Of a stretch of DNA of 64,000 bases, positions 12,680 to 25,570 are shown piece after piece. The DNA comes from Leucoraja ocellata. Its lineage: Eukaryota. The DNA lies in contig JAWMAR010000252.1 of assembly GCA_036785375.1 (NCBI GenBank), forward strand, positions 62,001-126,000. The letters are read 5' to 3'. The notes beneath the pieces were generated by a model. The model ran no database searches. It saw nothing but the letters and a program-made list of their open reading frames with translations, and was not told the origin of the DNA. Position 1 is the stretch's first letter. Every line of letters starts with the position of its first letter. The translations under genes were made by a program, and so were the position numbers.

Positions 12680-13045
12680 ATAAAAATTATGTGCGTTTGA
12701 TGGCACTGGGCGACTACTCGTTGGAGTTTGGAAGGATGAGAGGGACCCTCATTGAAACCTACTGAACAGTGAAAGACCTGGATTGAGTGGACGCGGAGAG
12801 GATATTTCCACCAGTGGGAGAGTCTAGGACCAGAGGACATAGCCTCAGAATGAAAGGACAGTTTTTTAGGAAGGAGATGAGGAATTTCTTCAGTCAGAGG
12901 GTGGTGAATCTGTGGAATTCATTTCAGCAGAAAGCTGTGGAGGTCAAGTAAATGGATATTTTTACGGCAGAGATAGATTCTTGATTAGTATGGGTGTCTG
13001 GGGTTATGGAAAGAAGGCAGGAGAATGGGGTTAAAAGGGAATGGA
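12680..13045 (+). mobile_element. CR1 LINE 3' fragment
   Basis: LGDYSLEFGRMRGTLIETY followed by the CR1 3' region AGTCAGAGGGTGGTGAATCTGTGGAATT. Confidence 0.8.
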
Positions 13046-13355
13046 CTAATTCAGCTCCTCCTATCATTTATGAACATGAAAAATACACTTATGAACATTG
13101 AAATGAGCTTGATCAAATGGGTGTGTTGTGGACACATGGAACTGCAGATGCTGGCTTACAAAGTGTACTGCTGGATTGACCCTTCTGGAGCAGTGGCAAT
13201 ACAGCAGCAGGTGATGTAGACATCAAACTCAGAACATTTGGGACCCCATGATCATTTGGCTCATTCCTTATCTGGTTATGAGGGCACCGACTTTAAATAA
13301 TCATGCCTAGATAAATGCAAGATAACATTAAAAACGGATTCATTTCAATACTTAC

Positions 13356-13500
13356 GTGTAAGAAATTCTCTGATTTGTTTGATTAGATTTCTCAAATCTT
13401 CATTGCTCTTATCCACTTTTTCTTTTGTTGCATTTGTTTTTAACAGTACTTTTTGTGCATTTAGCTTAGCCTCATCTGCTTTCACTTTTGCATCAGTGAC
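13356..13500 (-). CDS. LAMB1: LAMB1 exon ~29 (coiled coil), 145 nt
   Basis: tgcag|VTDAKVKADEAK...SNEDLRNLIKQIREFLT|gtaagt. Confidence 0.95.
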
Positions 13501-14860
13501 CTGCAGGGATATAAAATTACCACCTATTAATGCTCCACGTATTATCCGTAAACAGTTAATGAAACCTGTTAAATTGCAGCCACACAAAAATTGTGACAGA
13601 CTTGCAACTTATAAATGGATAACAACAAAAAATACTTTCCTTGGCAATTGACCAGTATCTAAACTTTGTATTATTTTATAAAAATGACAACAAAATATAC
13701 TTGGATTACTTCTAACATGACAAAAAGGCTGTTTAATTCAAGCAAAGAATGCAATTAGAAACTGCATCATCCCTTAGTCTCTTTGTAGACCTATTCCACC
13801 TTAATCAGCATGTGCTCTTATTGCCAAGTACTGCAGCCAACTGTTTGCCGACTTTGTTCTCTTTAATTTCTTATGTTTCCTATAATTTTCAATGTGTTTG
13901 AAGGAAATGGCTTCCAAACACTGTCCGCTGTCATATCCAGCAGCACATTTCAGCCAAAGTACTTTTGAAACAGTTCCAGAAGAAAACGCAAAACCTAATT
14001 TGCATGCAACAAACAGCAATTGCGATAAAATGTTTTAGATTTCCACCAACAGCTCCCGCCAATACCAATGGCACTAAAATGTTTTAGACACTTGCTTCAA
14101 GAATCAACCCATATCTGAATGCTAGGAGCAACTCCTCTGCTTTTCTCTGAACTAGTAATATGGAATGCTTTTATGCAGGGTGGAAGTGCAGAAAGGGGCT
14201 TTGATTAATGTCTCATCCAATATGTAATCTCTCTGACAGTGCTGCATTCCAGTCAAAAAGGACGGGAATATCAGCCGAGATTTTGCTGCTCAAATCTCAG
14301 GTGGGTCTAATACCTGGCATCCTTTGACTCACTGGGCAGATTGTTGTTTGCCACAGATACTAACTGATGAGTGGAAAGATCAGTTATAACCACACCCTCT
14401 CACCAATGGATGCATAAACTCAATGTACTAATTGTCCTTGCTTCCTGTCCTGGCCCCGTGGACCAGCTTTGCTATCGTTCATCCTTTGCTTAATGATAAA
14501 CACAGATTTCTGGTTCAGTCAATTGTAAAATTTATACCATTGCTTTCAAACTCTCCCCATCTTCAGCTGAAACATTCAAATTTTTAAGCTTCTCCAAATC
14601 TGGCTTCCTACACATTTGCAGTTTTTTTATGTCAACCATTTGTGAGCATGTATTTCTCTCTGGTTTATGTTCTAAAGTTACCCTTCAAAAGTCTGCCTTT
14701 CCCCCATTTTAAGGCTGAAACTCCTTAGCAATCCCATTGAACAATTTTTAGTTTTTGATTCCCAACATCTTTGTATCTCGGCATCAAATTTTGTTTGCTA
14801 AAGCCTTTGAAATAGATACAAATATTTTACATGTCAGAGATTGTTGTTGTTGAGGTAGCT

Positions 14861-15142
14861 TTAGATTTTAGAGATACAGCGTGGGAACGGACCCTTCAGT
14901 CAACCGAGTCCGTGCCAACCAACAATCACCCATACACTAGTTCTATTCTACACTCTAGAGAGAATTTACATAAGCCAATTAACCTACACGTTTGTGGATT
15001 GTGGGAGATAACTGGAGCACCCGGAGGAAACCCATGCATTCACAGGGAGAATGTACAAACTCCATATAGACTGCACCCATAGTCAGGATCAAACTCAGGT
15101 CTCTGGTGCTCTTGAGGCAGCAACTCTACTACTGTGTCACCC
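14861..15142 (-). mobile_element. tRNA-derived V-SINE (HE1-like)
   Basis: Reverse complement is similar to 52168-52467. Confidence 0.75.
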
Positions 15143-15901
15143 CTAAATCCCACTGCATTGCAGAGGTAATCCCACTGGAATGAGTTGTCGAGCTAAACCT
15201 GCCCAAAGCACTCAGATGTTTAATGCAGTATAAATAGTACTTCTGTTCTGGCCATCTGTGGGAATTGAGAAGCTTATTATCTTTTATCAGATTCTATTGA
15301 AAGGTCAGTTGTCCAATAGTGACTGGATCTTCCCACCAAATTTGCAGGACTCCCCACCCCTCTGAGTATTTCTAACATTTTATTTTTTTTATTTCAAATC
15401 TCTTGGATCTGTATTGCATTGCTTCTGTATTAAAAACATCACCCATCATAGAGACAGTGAGTTCCCGAATTACTGAAAGTTTTCATATATAAAGTTTGTC
15501 ATTGTATTAAAATTGAATTGCACAATAATGGAAGTTCATACAAAAATGAATCAAAACAATCCAGTTATTTATACCAAAGGCAAATTAATTATTACTCCTC
15601 TTGGTCAAATCTCACAGAAAGTTTATGTTGTATAATGCAGATAACTGCAAGAGATTCATGTTTTTGTACGTGATGCACAAATTAAGTATTATCTTATTCC
15701 AAACTTTCTGCAGAATGGTGTTGGTGGCCTTGATTTTGGAATCAGTACCAACTAGCGTGTTGGCAAATGCTATCTTACTGACTGCTGTGGCAGGATTTGC
15801 AGCCAAAAGGGTTTGTGTTTTTGGAGTGGCAAAACAAAGCTACAACTTACTTTAAAAATTAATTTTATTTCTTTCAACTATGTCTCTGAAAAGGAACATA
15901 C

Positions 15902-16105
15902 CATTTTGGAGAGCTGATCCACTTCTGCCAGAGCGTTGAGGATATCTGTATCAAAATCCATAGAATTCTGCCATGCGTTGTGTGCTAAAGTTACGAGTCC
16001 ATCACAGCCTGGTCCTCCACACTTCCTAGTTTTGTCATCAGCTCGACAATTTGGACCTCCGCACTTTGCCTCATCACAAGGTATACTGGCAGGACTCCCG
16101 CAAAC
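15902..16105 (-). CDS. LAMB1: LAMB1 exon ~28 (L-beta knob), 204 nt
   Basis: tccag|VCGSPASIPCDEAKCGGPNCRADDKTRKCGGPGC...VDQLSKM|gtatgt. Confidence 0.96.
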
Positions 16106-16471
16106 CTGGACAAGCACACAAGTGTTGTTTAAACAAATTAGGTTTTGCACAACGCATTTTCCTTTAATCAAGAAAGGTTGGAGTGATTTAAAGGAAGATT
16201 TATAAAATTAGGATCGAGTGTGTAAATAGGTCAATTTCACATTCACAATATTGAAAGGTTAAATCACAATTTAGATGTAGTGCATCCATTTTGAATGTTA
16301 TAATTAAGAATCAGCATTAACTGGCAAATGTGCATTTCTATCACTGAAAATGTCTACACATCTTTTTTCAGTGCATCACTAGAAATGGTTGGTTAGAGCA
16401 GAACATAGAAATTCCTCTAATGCTTTATAATGTTAAAATTAGCCATGAAGGTGTAGAAACAAAAACTGTAC

Positions 16472-16713
16472 CTTTTCACTTAATGGTGAAAGGTCCAGGC
16501 TCTCCAATTTATCCGCCAATTCTTCCAGGCTCTGTGAATGTTCCTTTTGCTGTTCCCCAAACTGACCCTCTCTCTCTGTAATCATTTCATCCACCTTTTC
16601 TCGAATGGTGGAAGATTCCAGCAGTGTATTGTCAGGATCGGTGGTGGAAGCATTAACTTTTTCCTCAGCCTCTACAGATTGCTTATAGTATTTCTGCACA
16701 CTGTCCAAGGCGC
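16472..16713 (-). CDS. LAMB1: LAMB1 exon ~27 (coiled coil), 242 nt
   Basis: tatag|GALDSVQKYYKQSVEAEEKVNASTTDP...LDLSPLSEK|gtacag. Confidence 0.95.
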
Positions 16714-16975
16714 CTATAATTGTAAAGAATAGACAATACCAAATCATACTTTGTCTTTAGTACTATAAAAATGAATTCTGCAGAACAGAAAATATGGTCT
16801 ACTGTTTATAAATGATATATCTAACCTTAATGATTTAGGACCATGGAAAATAAACTTTTTGCACTGGTAAAGTCAACTATAGCAGTGTGACCCAATATAG
16901 AAATTAACACCGTGAAACTGAAATACTTAGAACAAATTATGGCTTTTACATCAACAACATGGAGAATTGTTTAGA

Positions 16976-17862
16976 TATAATAGTCATGGAATCCTACAGC
17001 ATGGCAACTGGCCCTTTGGCCCAACTTACTCCCACTGGTCAACATGTCCCATGTACACTGGTCCCACCTGCCCGTGTTTGGCCCATATCCCTATAAACCT
17101 GTCCTATCCATGTACCTGTTTAAATGTTTCAGAAATGTTGTGATAGTACCTGTCTCAACTAACTGCCTCAAGGATAGTACCTGCCTCAACAATAGCAGCC
17201 CATTCCATACACACCCCACCGTTTGTGTGAAAAAGCTATGGCTCGGGTTCCTATTAAATTATCCCCCCCACCTTAAAACTATGTCTTCTGGTTCTCGATT
17301 TCCTTACTGTGGGCAAGAAACTAGTCTCCTACTCTGGGCAAGAGACTGCTTCTACCCAATCTATTTGTCTCACGATTTTGTACTCATCCTCCTGTGCTCC
17401 AAGGAATAGAATCCTAACCTGCTCAACATCTCTCCATAGCTCAGGCCCTCGAGTCCTGTCAACATACTCGTGAATCTTCTCTGCACCCTTTCCACCTTGA
17501 CAATATAATTGCTATAAAATGGTGCCCAAAACTGAACACAATACTCTAAATGCAGCCTCAGCAATGCCTTATACAACTGCAACACGACCTAACTTCTATA
17601 CTCAATGCTCTGATTGATGAAGACCAATGTGCCAAAAGCCTTTTTGACCACCCTATCTACCTGTGATGCCACTTTCAATAAAATATGTATCTGTACTCCT
17701 AGATCCCTCTGATCTACAACACTCCCCAGAGCACTACCATTCACTGTTTAGGTTCTGCCCATGTCAGTTCCCAATCTACAACACCTCACATTTCTCTGTA
17801 TTAAATTCCATCAACCATTCCTCAGCCCACTTGCCCAACTGATCAAGATCCTGCTGCAATTT
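16976..17862 (-). mobile_element. CR1 LINE 3' fragment
   Basis: LQLYKALLRLHLEYCVQFWAP...LEGLSYGEMLSRLGFYSLE. Confidence 0.85.
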
Positions 17863-18067
17863 TTAACAATATGTTTATAAAAGCAGTTACATTTTTGAAA
17901 TAATCTGAATATCTAAACATTCTTTAGAATGTTGCAATGTGCTTGGCATTTCTAAATTATACTTGCACCATTTGAAATTCAGGGCAAACCAACCACAGAT
18001 GTGCAGGGCAGGTTACTTTTCATTTGAAGTTATATTACAACTTCATTAAATAGAAATCTATACTTGC

Positions 18068-18252
18068 CGTGGATATCAGAGTTCTTAATGTATTCCAGTC
18101 GCTCTGCCAGCTCAGTTACAATAGCTTTCAAACCCTCAGTGTCACTCTGAAGATCATTTAGTTCTGTGGCAGTCACATTATTTTGGTCTTCTGTTGCTGC
18201 AAGATCTGATTCCATTGAATTCACCTTTTTTGCAAGATCAGCTACTTTCTTC
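18068..18252 (-). CDS. LAMB1: LAMB1 exon ~26 (coiled coil), 185 nt, GC donor
   Basis: ttcag|KKVADLAKKVNSMESDL...LEYIKNSDIH-G|gcaagt; frame with the next exon is kept with the GC donor. Confidence 0.9.
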
Positions 18253-18404
18253 CTGAAATATCAAGAGTTTGAGAGCTTAGTACCATTATTTCATTTAAGA
18301 ATGGCATTTGTGAAAGCCCTTAATTCAACACTTTTAACTGGTGTTCATAGGAATTTGAACACCCTTGTACATGACCATTCACAAAAAGAGAGAGGTATGG
18401 ATGT

Positions 18405-18588
18405 TTAAGAAAGAACTGCAGATGCTGGAATAATCGAAGGAAGACAAAATGCTGGAGAACTTCCGCGGGTGAGGCAGCATCTATGGAGAGAAGGAATTGG
18501 CGATGTTTTGGACCCGAAACGTCGCCAATTCCTTCTCTCCATAGATGCTGCCTCACCCGCGGAGTTTCGCCAGCATTTTTCGTCTACC
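18405..18588. mobile_element. Palindromic Penelope-like terminal-repeat insert
   Basis: Inverted arms centred near 18510; AGAGGTAYGGATGT at 18391-18404 and 18589-18602. Confidence 0.8.
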
Positions 18589-19599
18589 AGAGGTACGGAT
18601 GTGCTGGACAAACGGGCTGGGCTTGTTTTTGTGCTGCATGCCTATGGGTCTGAGCAACCATCTAGGATGGTGAATTGTTCAGGGTATAAAGAAAGTATTT
18701 TACAATTCCATTCAATTTCAACTATCTAGAACGAATCAGCTTACCAGGGGTTGAAGGTTAGACTACATTTAAAAGAGTTGGGTTGGCTAGGTGGTGTAAA
18801 ATACCTAATATTCTTCCTTTGACCTATTATTTTTTTCAACTCCGGGTGGAAATAACCCGAGGAACTTGAGATGTTCTGCGATTTTAAAGAAATCCTGGAG
18901 CAACTCCAAACATGAGCCTCGATTGTTAAACCGAGCCTAAAAATGTTTGTAGAGCATGAAAATTACTTTACAGCTGCGTTGCAGATGGTTTCTTTCAATA
19001 AACATTTCCAGATTGAACAAACATGCTGCCAGACCACTAGTAGAACAAGCTAAGGCTAACATAATGAAACCAACAGAAAGAGGGCTGTTTATCAATTTAA
19101 ATTAAAAATGTTGGCTGGCTCATGTTTTGTTTAATCCAAGCGATTCCCAAGACAACCTTTAAATTATCTTCTCTTAGGAGCATACAGTACAAGAACAAAT
19201 AGTACAATGGCCAGAAAAATAATCTCCATTACAGTTTTTTTAATGTACAATATAGTGATTTTAGAATAAATCCATGGGTGTTTGGATTCTTCAGTTAATT
19301 ACATTTTAGTTTCACGTTAATTGATGCTAAATGGTCCCAAACATGTTCCTTCCTACTCATAGCAAACTTACTGACATTCGACCCACTCCACGTTGTAGAG
19401 AAAAAAAGTTCAAACAATAAATACACTATAGTATCAGGAAAAAACAAGTCAACAACATCTCATTTGTACCTGTGAAAGACTGTGTTCAGGGAAAGGTGCA
19501 CTGATAGGCTGGATCTTGCCAGTACAAAGAAGGTGGTGGTGTTAGATGTCTTGGAATGCACGAGTGGATAAACCCCCAGGACTAGATGAAGTCTACTCC

Positions 19600-20810
19600 A
19601 GTGTGCTATGAGAAGGGAGGAGATGACCCCCTTAGGTTGGCTCACATTGTCCCTTCATTTAAGAAAGGCAGCAGGAATAGTAGAGCCTTGTGTCAGCAGT
19701 TAGGAAATTATTCAAGAAAACTCTAAAGGATAGGTTTTATATACATCAGTAGTAGTCAGCAAAACTTTGTGTGGGGAAACCACGCTTCACTAATTTTACT
19801 AAGAAGGCAGGACAGTAGATGTTGTCTATATGGACTTTAAGACATCTGGCAAGGTCTCACATGGTCAGCTACCCAGAAGGTCAGGGTGCATGGCACCCAA
19901 GACCATCTGACTAATTACATCCAAATTAGGTTGAGCGATAGAACAGAGGATAGTGGTGAAGGGATGTTTTTCTGATCGGAAGTCTAAAATGTGTACCACA
20001 GAGATTGGTGCTGAGACCTTTTTATTTGTGAATACTAATGACTTAAATGTACACATAGGAGAAATGTATAGTAAGTTTAAGGATGACAAAAAAAAATTGT
20101 GGTGGAGTTGTCAATAGCAAGGAAGGTTGTCCATATTACAGCATCATATAGATTAACTGAAAAGTTGGGCAGAACATTAAAGATGGAATTTAATCCTAAT
20201 AAGTGCAAGGCGGTGCATTTTGGAAAGTCAAATGGGGGGGGGGGGGGTACGACATGCAGAGTAAATGGTAGGGCACTCGGGTGTATTGTTGAAAGGAAGG
20301 GACTGGGGTTTAAATCCATGGCTCCTAGAACGTGGTGATCGAGGTAGATGGGAGATGAAGGCTGTATACAGGGCATGCTGTGTCAAGGGTCAAGCCACAG
20401 AATATGAGAATTGGGCTATCACGTTGCAACTTTATGGTTTGGCAATTCCTAGAATATTCTGTGCAGTTCTCGTCACCACGTTTGAAGGATGCAGTTGCTC
20501 TTAGAGTGCAGAGAAAATTCTTCAAGATGTTGCCAGGGTTGGAGAAAGTTATGGGGCGAGATTGAATAGGCCAGGTACATTTCCCTGGTGTGATGGAGGC
20601 TGAGGAGTGATCTGATAGAGGTAGATAGAAATACTAGAGGCGAGACAAATAAGGTAGCTAGACAAATATTTTTTCCATTGTAGACGTATCTAAAGCAAGA
20701 CAAGAAGGAGGAGTTTTAGAGGTTTTGAAGGGATTGATATTCTGGAATGCACTACCAGAGGTGATGCTGGAATCAGATATAATCACTACATTCAACAGGC
20801 ATTTAGACGG
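19600..20810 (+). mobile_element. Decayed CR1 LINE RT fragment
   Basis: MEFNPNKCKAVHFGKSN and LEYSVQFSSPRLKDAVALRVQRKFFKMLPGLE remnants. Confidence 0.8.
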
Positions 20811-21110
20811 GTCCTGGAAAGCATAAAATACACCATATAGGGCAGAAGGGTCAATTTCAAATGGATAGAAGGGTCAATTTCATTACTGTCCAACTCAAAC
20901 TCTAAAATAGAAACTACACTTCATTGATTATGGGGCTTTGGGAAATTTTGAAATGGATGCAAAAGTCTATATTAATATCATTCCTGTTTTCTCTTTCTTT
21001 TCAGGTACGGCCAATGTTTCATTCAATGACAACCCGTACTGTGTCACCTGCAGTTTTCTTCATGCATACATAGAATGGTGAGAACGTTGGCATGAACTGA
21101 GCCTACTTAC

Positions 21111-21480
21111 TTGGCTTCTTCCAAAAGATCTTCAATATTGTCAAGTGGTTGTGTTGCAGGATTTGCAGCGAGCAGAGATTGTATCTCATTAATCTTTTCC
21201 TGCACGGCATTAACAGTTTCTTGGTAAGGACCAATAACTCCATTGGCTTTGACTGTATCGGCTTGCTCTACAAGTTGTCTACTTTGAGTGGTCAGCTCGT
21301 CAATTATTTTATCCCAGAGATTGAAGCATGCGTGGCATTGTTCACAATGAGGGAATGTTCCAAAGTAGCCTCGGGCACATCTATCACACCGTTCACCTGC
21401 AATTCCTTTTCGACAGACGCAGCGTCCATTTGTCTGGTTACATTGCTGTGTCTCGATGCCAAGTTCGTTGCAGTCACATT
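21111..21480 (-). CDS. LAMB1: LAMB1 exon ~25 (last LE / start of coiled coil), 370 nt
   Basis: ttaag|CDCNELGIETQQCNQTNGRCVC...CHACFNLWD...GVIGPYQET...LLEEA|gtaagt; the correct frame is not the one in the ORF track. Confidence 0.95.
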
Positions 21481-24013
21481 CTTAAAGTAAAACAAAATTG
21501 AACAAGCACATTCATTTCATGAAAAATAAAACACAATCTTTTGATGCACTTTCCATATGGCAAAACTGAAGGGATTGGTCCAAACATCTGATGTACAAGA
21601 ACAAATTTTTTTGTCCACACCGTCTCCTCCTGGCTCGAACATCTTTTACTGTTTGGCACCCACATTGTGGCAACAGATCTCAAATCTTATAATATAAATA
21701 GCTCAGAGGTCCTTGCATAACTGGGAGTCAAGATGACAATTGTTTTCTAGGCAAATTCATTTTATTTGAAAGCCTTGGAAGAGCAAGACTCCATACTCAG
21801 TGGAAGGCCCCAGTACTGGCAAACTGGCAGCGCCAGTAACACAAGAACAATACGAGAGGAAGCCCAGCTTTCACAGAAGGTACATCAATGCTAATCATAT
21901 GATTGGAAGGCAAGTGGCACCAGGGATTAAAGTCAAACAACAAAGCAAAATTAAATTACAGAATTTTCCTTTCCCTTTCTTGAAAAAATCATTTACAGAT
22001 TTAGTTTAGTCATGTCCCACCCAACCACCCAAAGCTTTGATGTTCTAAAAGCAATGTGTATTATTGGCAGCATTATATCCACATATTGACTTCATTAGGG
22101 TGATGTTTCTTCATTCAATGCCGTGACATTTTGCATCCCTTCTTTCAGTCCTGGCTGGATCAACTTCTGAGATGCACTCAGTCACAAGATTAAATGTATT
22201 TTCTTGTATCTTTCTGGAAAATATTGAGATTAGAGTTATCTTATCTCCCATTTTCACAAGATACCCTTTGCATATTTCAACAACCACGCCAACATTCCAA
22301 CATTCTTTTTCCAAGAGTCAGATTTCCTTGAGTGCTTCTCCGAACAGCAGCTATCATGCAGTTTGATTTTTTTTCTGTTCACAATACTGAATGGCCATTT
22401 CCACTCATGCAGTCTTCGCCAGCAATCCTTACAGGCAGGCCACTCATCTACTCTCTGCCAGTAAGCAAATCCATTTTCTCCCAATATATCTACCATCTTC
22501 GCCAACTCCATTGCTGTTGTGCATTCTCTGCTTTTTGCAATGCATCTGAAGTTGAAAATTATTTCAACACTTCTGCATTTCGATTATGTAATCACATTGA
22601 GGTAAAAGACTGGGGCCATCATTGCATAATTGTCAGATTTAGAACCACAAATCACTAATAAAATGTTTGTGATGTCTGAACAAAATAAAAGGTTTATCCA
22701 ATAGAAATGTATAAATTGTTTCTCTACAGAGGCAATGCTCTACTCTAAATTCAAGATTGCAATCCAATGGCAAAGATCTACACTTTTTCTGAAGAAGTCT
22801 TGACCCAAAACATCACCCACTCCTTCTCTCCAGAGATGCTGCCTGTCCCACTGAGTTACTCCAGCTTTTTGCATCTATCTTCAATACTATAAACTAACTG
22901 GTCCATTGTAGATTGAAAGATCTTTAGTGATTAGCTCACATCTGTAAGGCATTTAGTAAAAACTCAAACAAGCATCATCTCACAAAATACAATGTCCTAA
23001 TTATTTGTGATGGAAAGGTTCATGGATTCTCGTGGATAACAAATAGAAATGTGAGTAACCATCAAGGCATTTGGCAAGGACATACAAAAAACAAGTGTCA
23101 TGGATGCAACAAGCTTCAATTTCAGCTTGTGTCCAAAGTCTCCAATGATTCCGGTCCTAGCCACCCACCTGACGCACTCTGGGCTCTAACCCTGGCCCCT
23201 ACAATATGCATGACCTGACCCCCTTCAACCCAAATCACCCCCAGCCCCCACATGTTCCCAAACTCAATAAGTGAATCCACATGTGGTAAACGAGCAGATG
23301 AGAATTGTGTGCATTGCAGAGTTCTTATCCACTTTCAACTGCACATAAGCACATGCCTGATATAGTCCATCTCCTTTTAACTCTGCACACATCACAGGAT
23401 CAACACGCATTGGATGCACTTCCCCAGCAGCCTGGTACAAGATCATCTTGCAATCAGACATCTCCAACAGTTTTGTTCACTTTAGACACAACCAATGCTC
23501 AATCACTTGGGTTCAATCTTCACCAGAACATAACTTTATTTTAATTTATCCAACTCTTCCTTCACCTGGCTGTTGATGCACATGGACCAGGTAAAGGTTT
23601 GTAATGTGTAGGAAGGAACTGTAGATGCTGGTTTACACTAAAGATACACATAAAACATTGGAGTAACTCAGTGGGACAGGCAGCATCTCTGTTTCTGAAG
23701 TCTGAAGAAGGGTCTTGACCCAAAACGTCACCCATCCCTTCTTTCCAGAAAGGCTTATAATGTTTGCTTTTGCATCCGATTTGATGCGTTTGATATGAAC
23801 AGGTACTGAGAATTTTAATACTCAGGTACTATGGAACCTTTCTGTATACTTTCCTAATAGTATGCCAAAGTACAAGTTTGAAACATTCATGCTAAGTGCA
23901 GTATAGCTTCAATTTCCATCGAGATTGTTTATATTAAGACTAATATTAGGTAAACAATCACAACCATTGGTAGTTCTCTTTGCCCACTGTGACTCACTAA
24001 ACTTCTGGTCTAA

Positions 24014-24260
24014 GTCTTCTTCTTCATCTTCTTCTTCGTGTCCATCTTGTTACAAATGTTGAGCTCGCTGTCATCGTCCGTCCTGAAAAGGACGCAAACT
24101 TCCGGCGACAATCAGTGGAAGCCATCACTTGTCGTAATAGATGATGGTGGTACAAAACGTCATAAATATCTTTTGAAATTTGTTCTATTCTTCATCTATT
24201 AATTTGGCCACACTTTTTGTTATCAACGCTTGCCCATAATTGATTGATCTCCTGCCCCAC
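24014..24260 (-). mobile_element. Short retroposon fragment with (GAA)n tail
   Basis: (TTC)n tract at about 24016-24036 next to a CpG-containing body; family not assigned. Confidence 0.4.
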
Positions 24261-25189
24261 AAATACTCAAGATTATGTATTGACCAGTGGACCCTGATTT
24301 AGTCTTGAAGTCAATCTATTTTCTGCAATCGTAATTATCCTTTGTTCTAATGATCCAAATAGTACAGAATTCCTGAAGTCCCAACCAAAAATGTCACCTA
24401 TCCATTTTCTCTAGAGATGATGCCTGACCCACTGAGTTACTACAGCACTTTGTCTTTGTTTGTGTTAAGCCAGCATCTGCAGTTTCCTTCCTCTGAATGA
24501 AGACTTTCCTCTGAAAAAAGTTAATTACAATTCCTAGAATAACTACAGCAGCTTTGCATTTGTTTGCCAAGGATACATGCCCTTTTCCTTAAAGCAAAAA
24601 CATTTTTCCGATGTAGCTCAACATGATAGCTTCTTCATAACAGCAACAGCATAAAAGCCATTCCTACCCGTTTGGTTCAGATTGCTCTTAAATGCAAGTC
24701 TGTGCACTTCTCTATAAATGTATACTGTCTGGCACCATTTCCTGCCATCTCCAGAGAGATTGTAATTTTTCCAAACATAGATCAAAAGTGAGAACAGCTA
24801 CTTTTGATTAAAGCAGGAACTGGTCATAACAATGTTATAACAGGACTTTCAATATAATATAGAAAATCTCACCAATTTCTGATTCCTAATCCTAAATTTG
24901 GAGATATGTACAATTTAAAGTTTAGACTGTGCCAACCTTTGAACTAAAGCACTAGACATTTTTCTGTGGCAATAACCATGTTGAGACAACACTTTTCAGA
25001 ACCATTCAATTAAAGTCTCATTTTTGCACTCCCATATAACAATATTCTGTGCAGGCAGGCTCACAATTTCTATCAACTTCCACTGTTATTTGATCTAAAA
25101 AACACAAGATTTCCACACATTCTAGTAAGAGAAAGTCTCAGGGACTGACAACATACACAAATGCGTACATGATTCTAATCTCCTCTGCC

Positions 25190-25570
25190 TGCACGTGATC
25201 AATATTCCTCCATATCCCTGTGCCCATCTAAAAACCTCTTAAACATCAGTATAACATTTGCTTCCAGCAAATTCTAAGCACCCACCACACTGTAAAAAAA
25301 AACTTGCTCTGTACATCTTGAAACTTTCCCCCTCTGACCTTAAAGCTATGCCCTCTGGTCTTAGGCATTTCCACCCTGTCTACCCCATGTATATCTCCCA
25401 ATTTTACATATTTCTGTCAGGTCTCCCCTCAACCTCCGACACTCTAACAAAAACCAATCCAAGTTTGACATCCGCTCCTTATAGCCAATACCCGCAAATC
25501 CAGCCAGCGTTCTGGTAAATATTTTCTGCATACTCTCCAAAACCACCACATTCTTCTTGTAATTGGTACA
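25190..25570 (-). mobile_element. CR1 LINE 3' fragment
   Basis: VVVLESMQKIFTRTLAG...YKERMSNL...LECRRLRGDLTEICKI. Confidence 0.75.

Noticed and set aside
20843-20883. Short local duplications (also about 3374-3454 and 31861-31899)
   Set aside because: Two-copy duplications of 15-25 bp fit ordinary slippage or repair; no further structure.
21149-21495. ORF-track products at this locus
   Set aside because: They are antisense or wrong-frame shadows of the 370-nt LAMB1 exon. The same applies to 5382-5651, 13379-13651 and 15936-16205.
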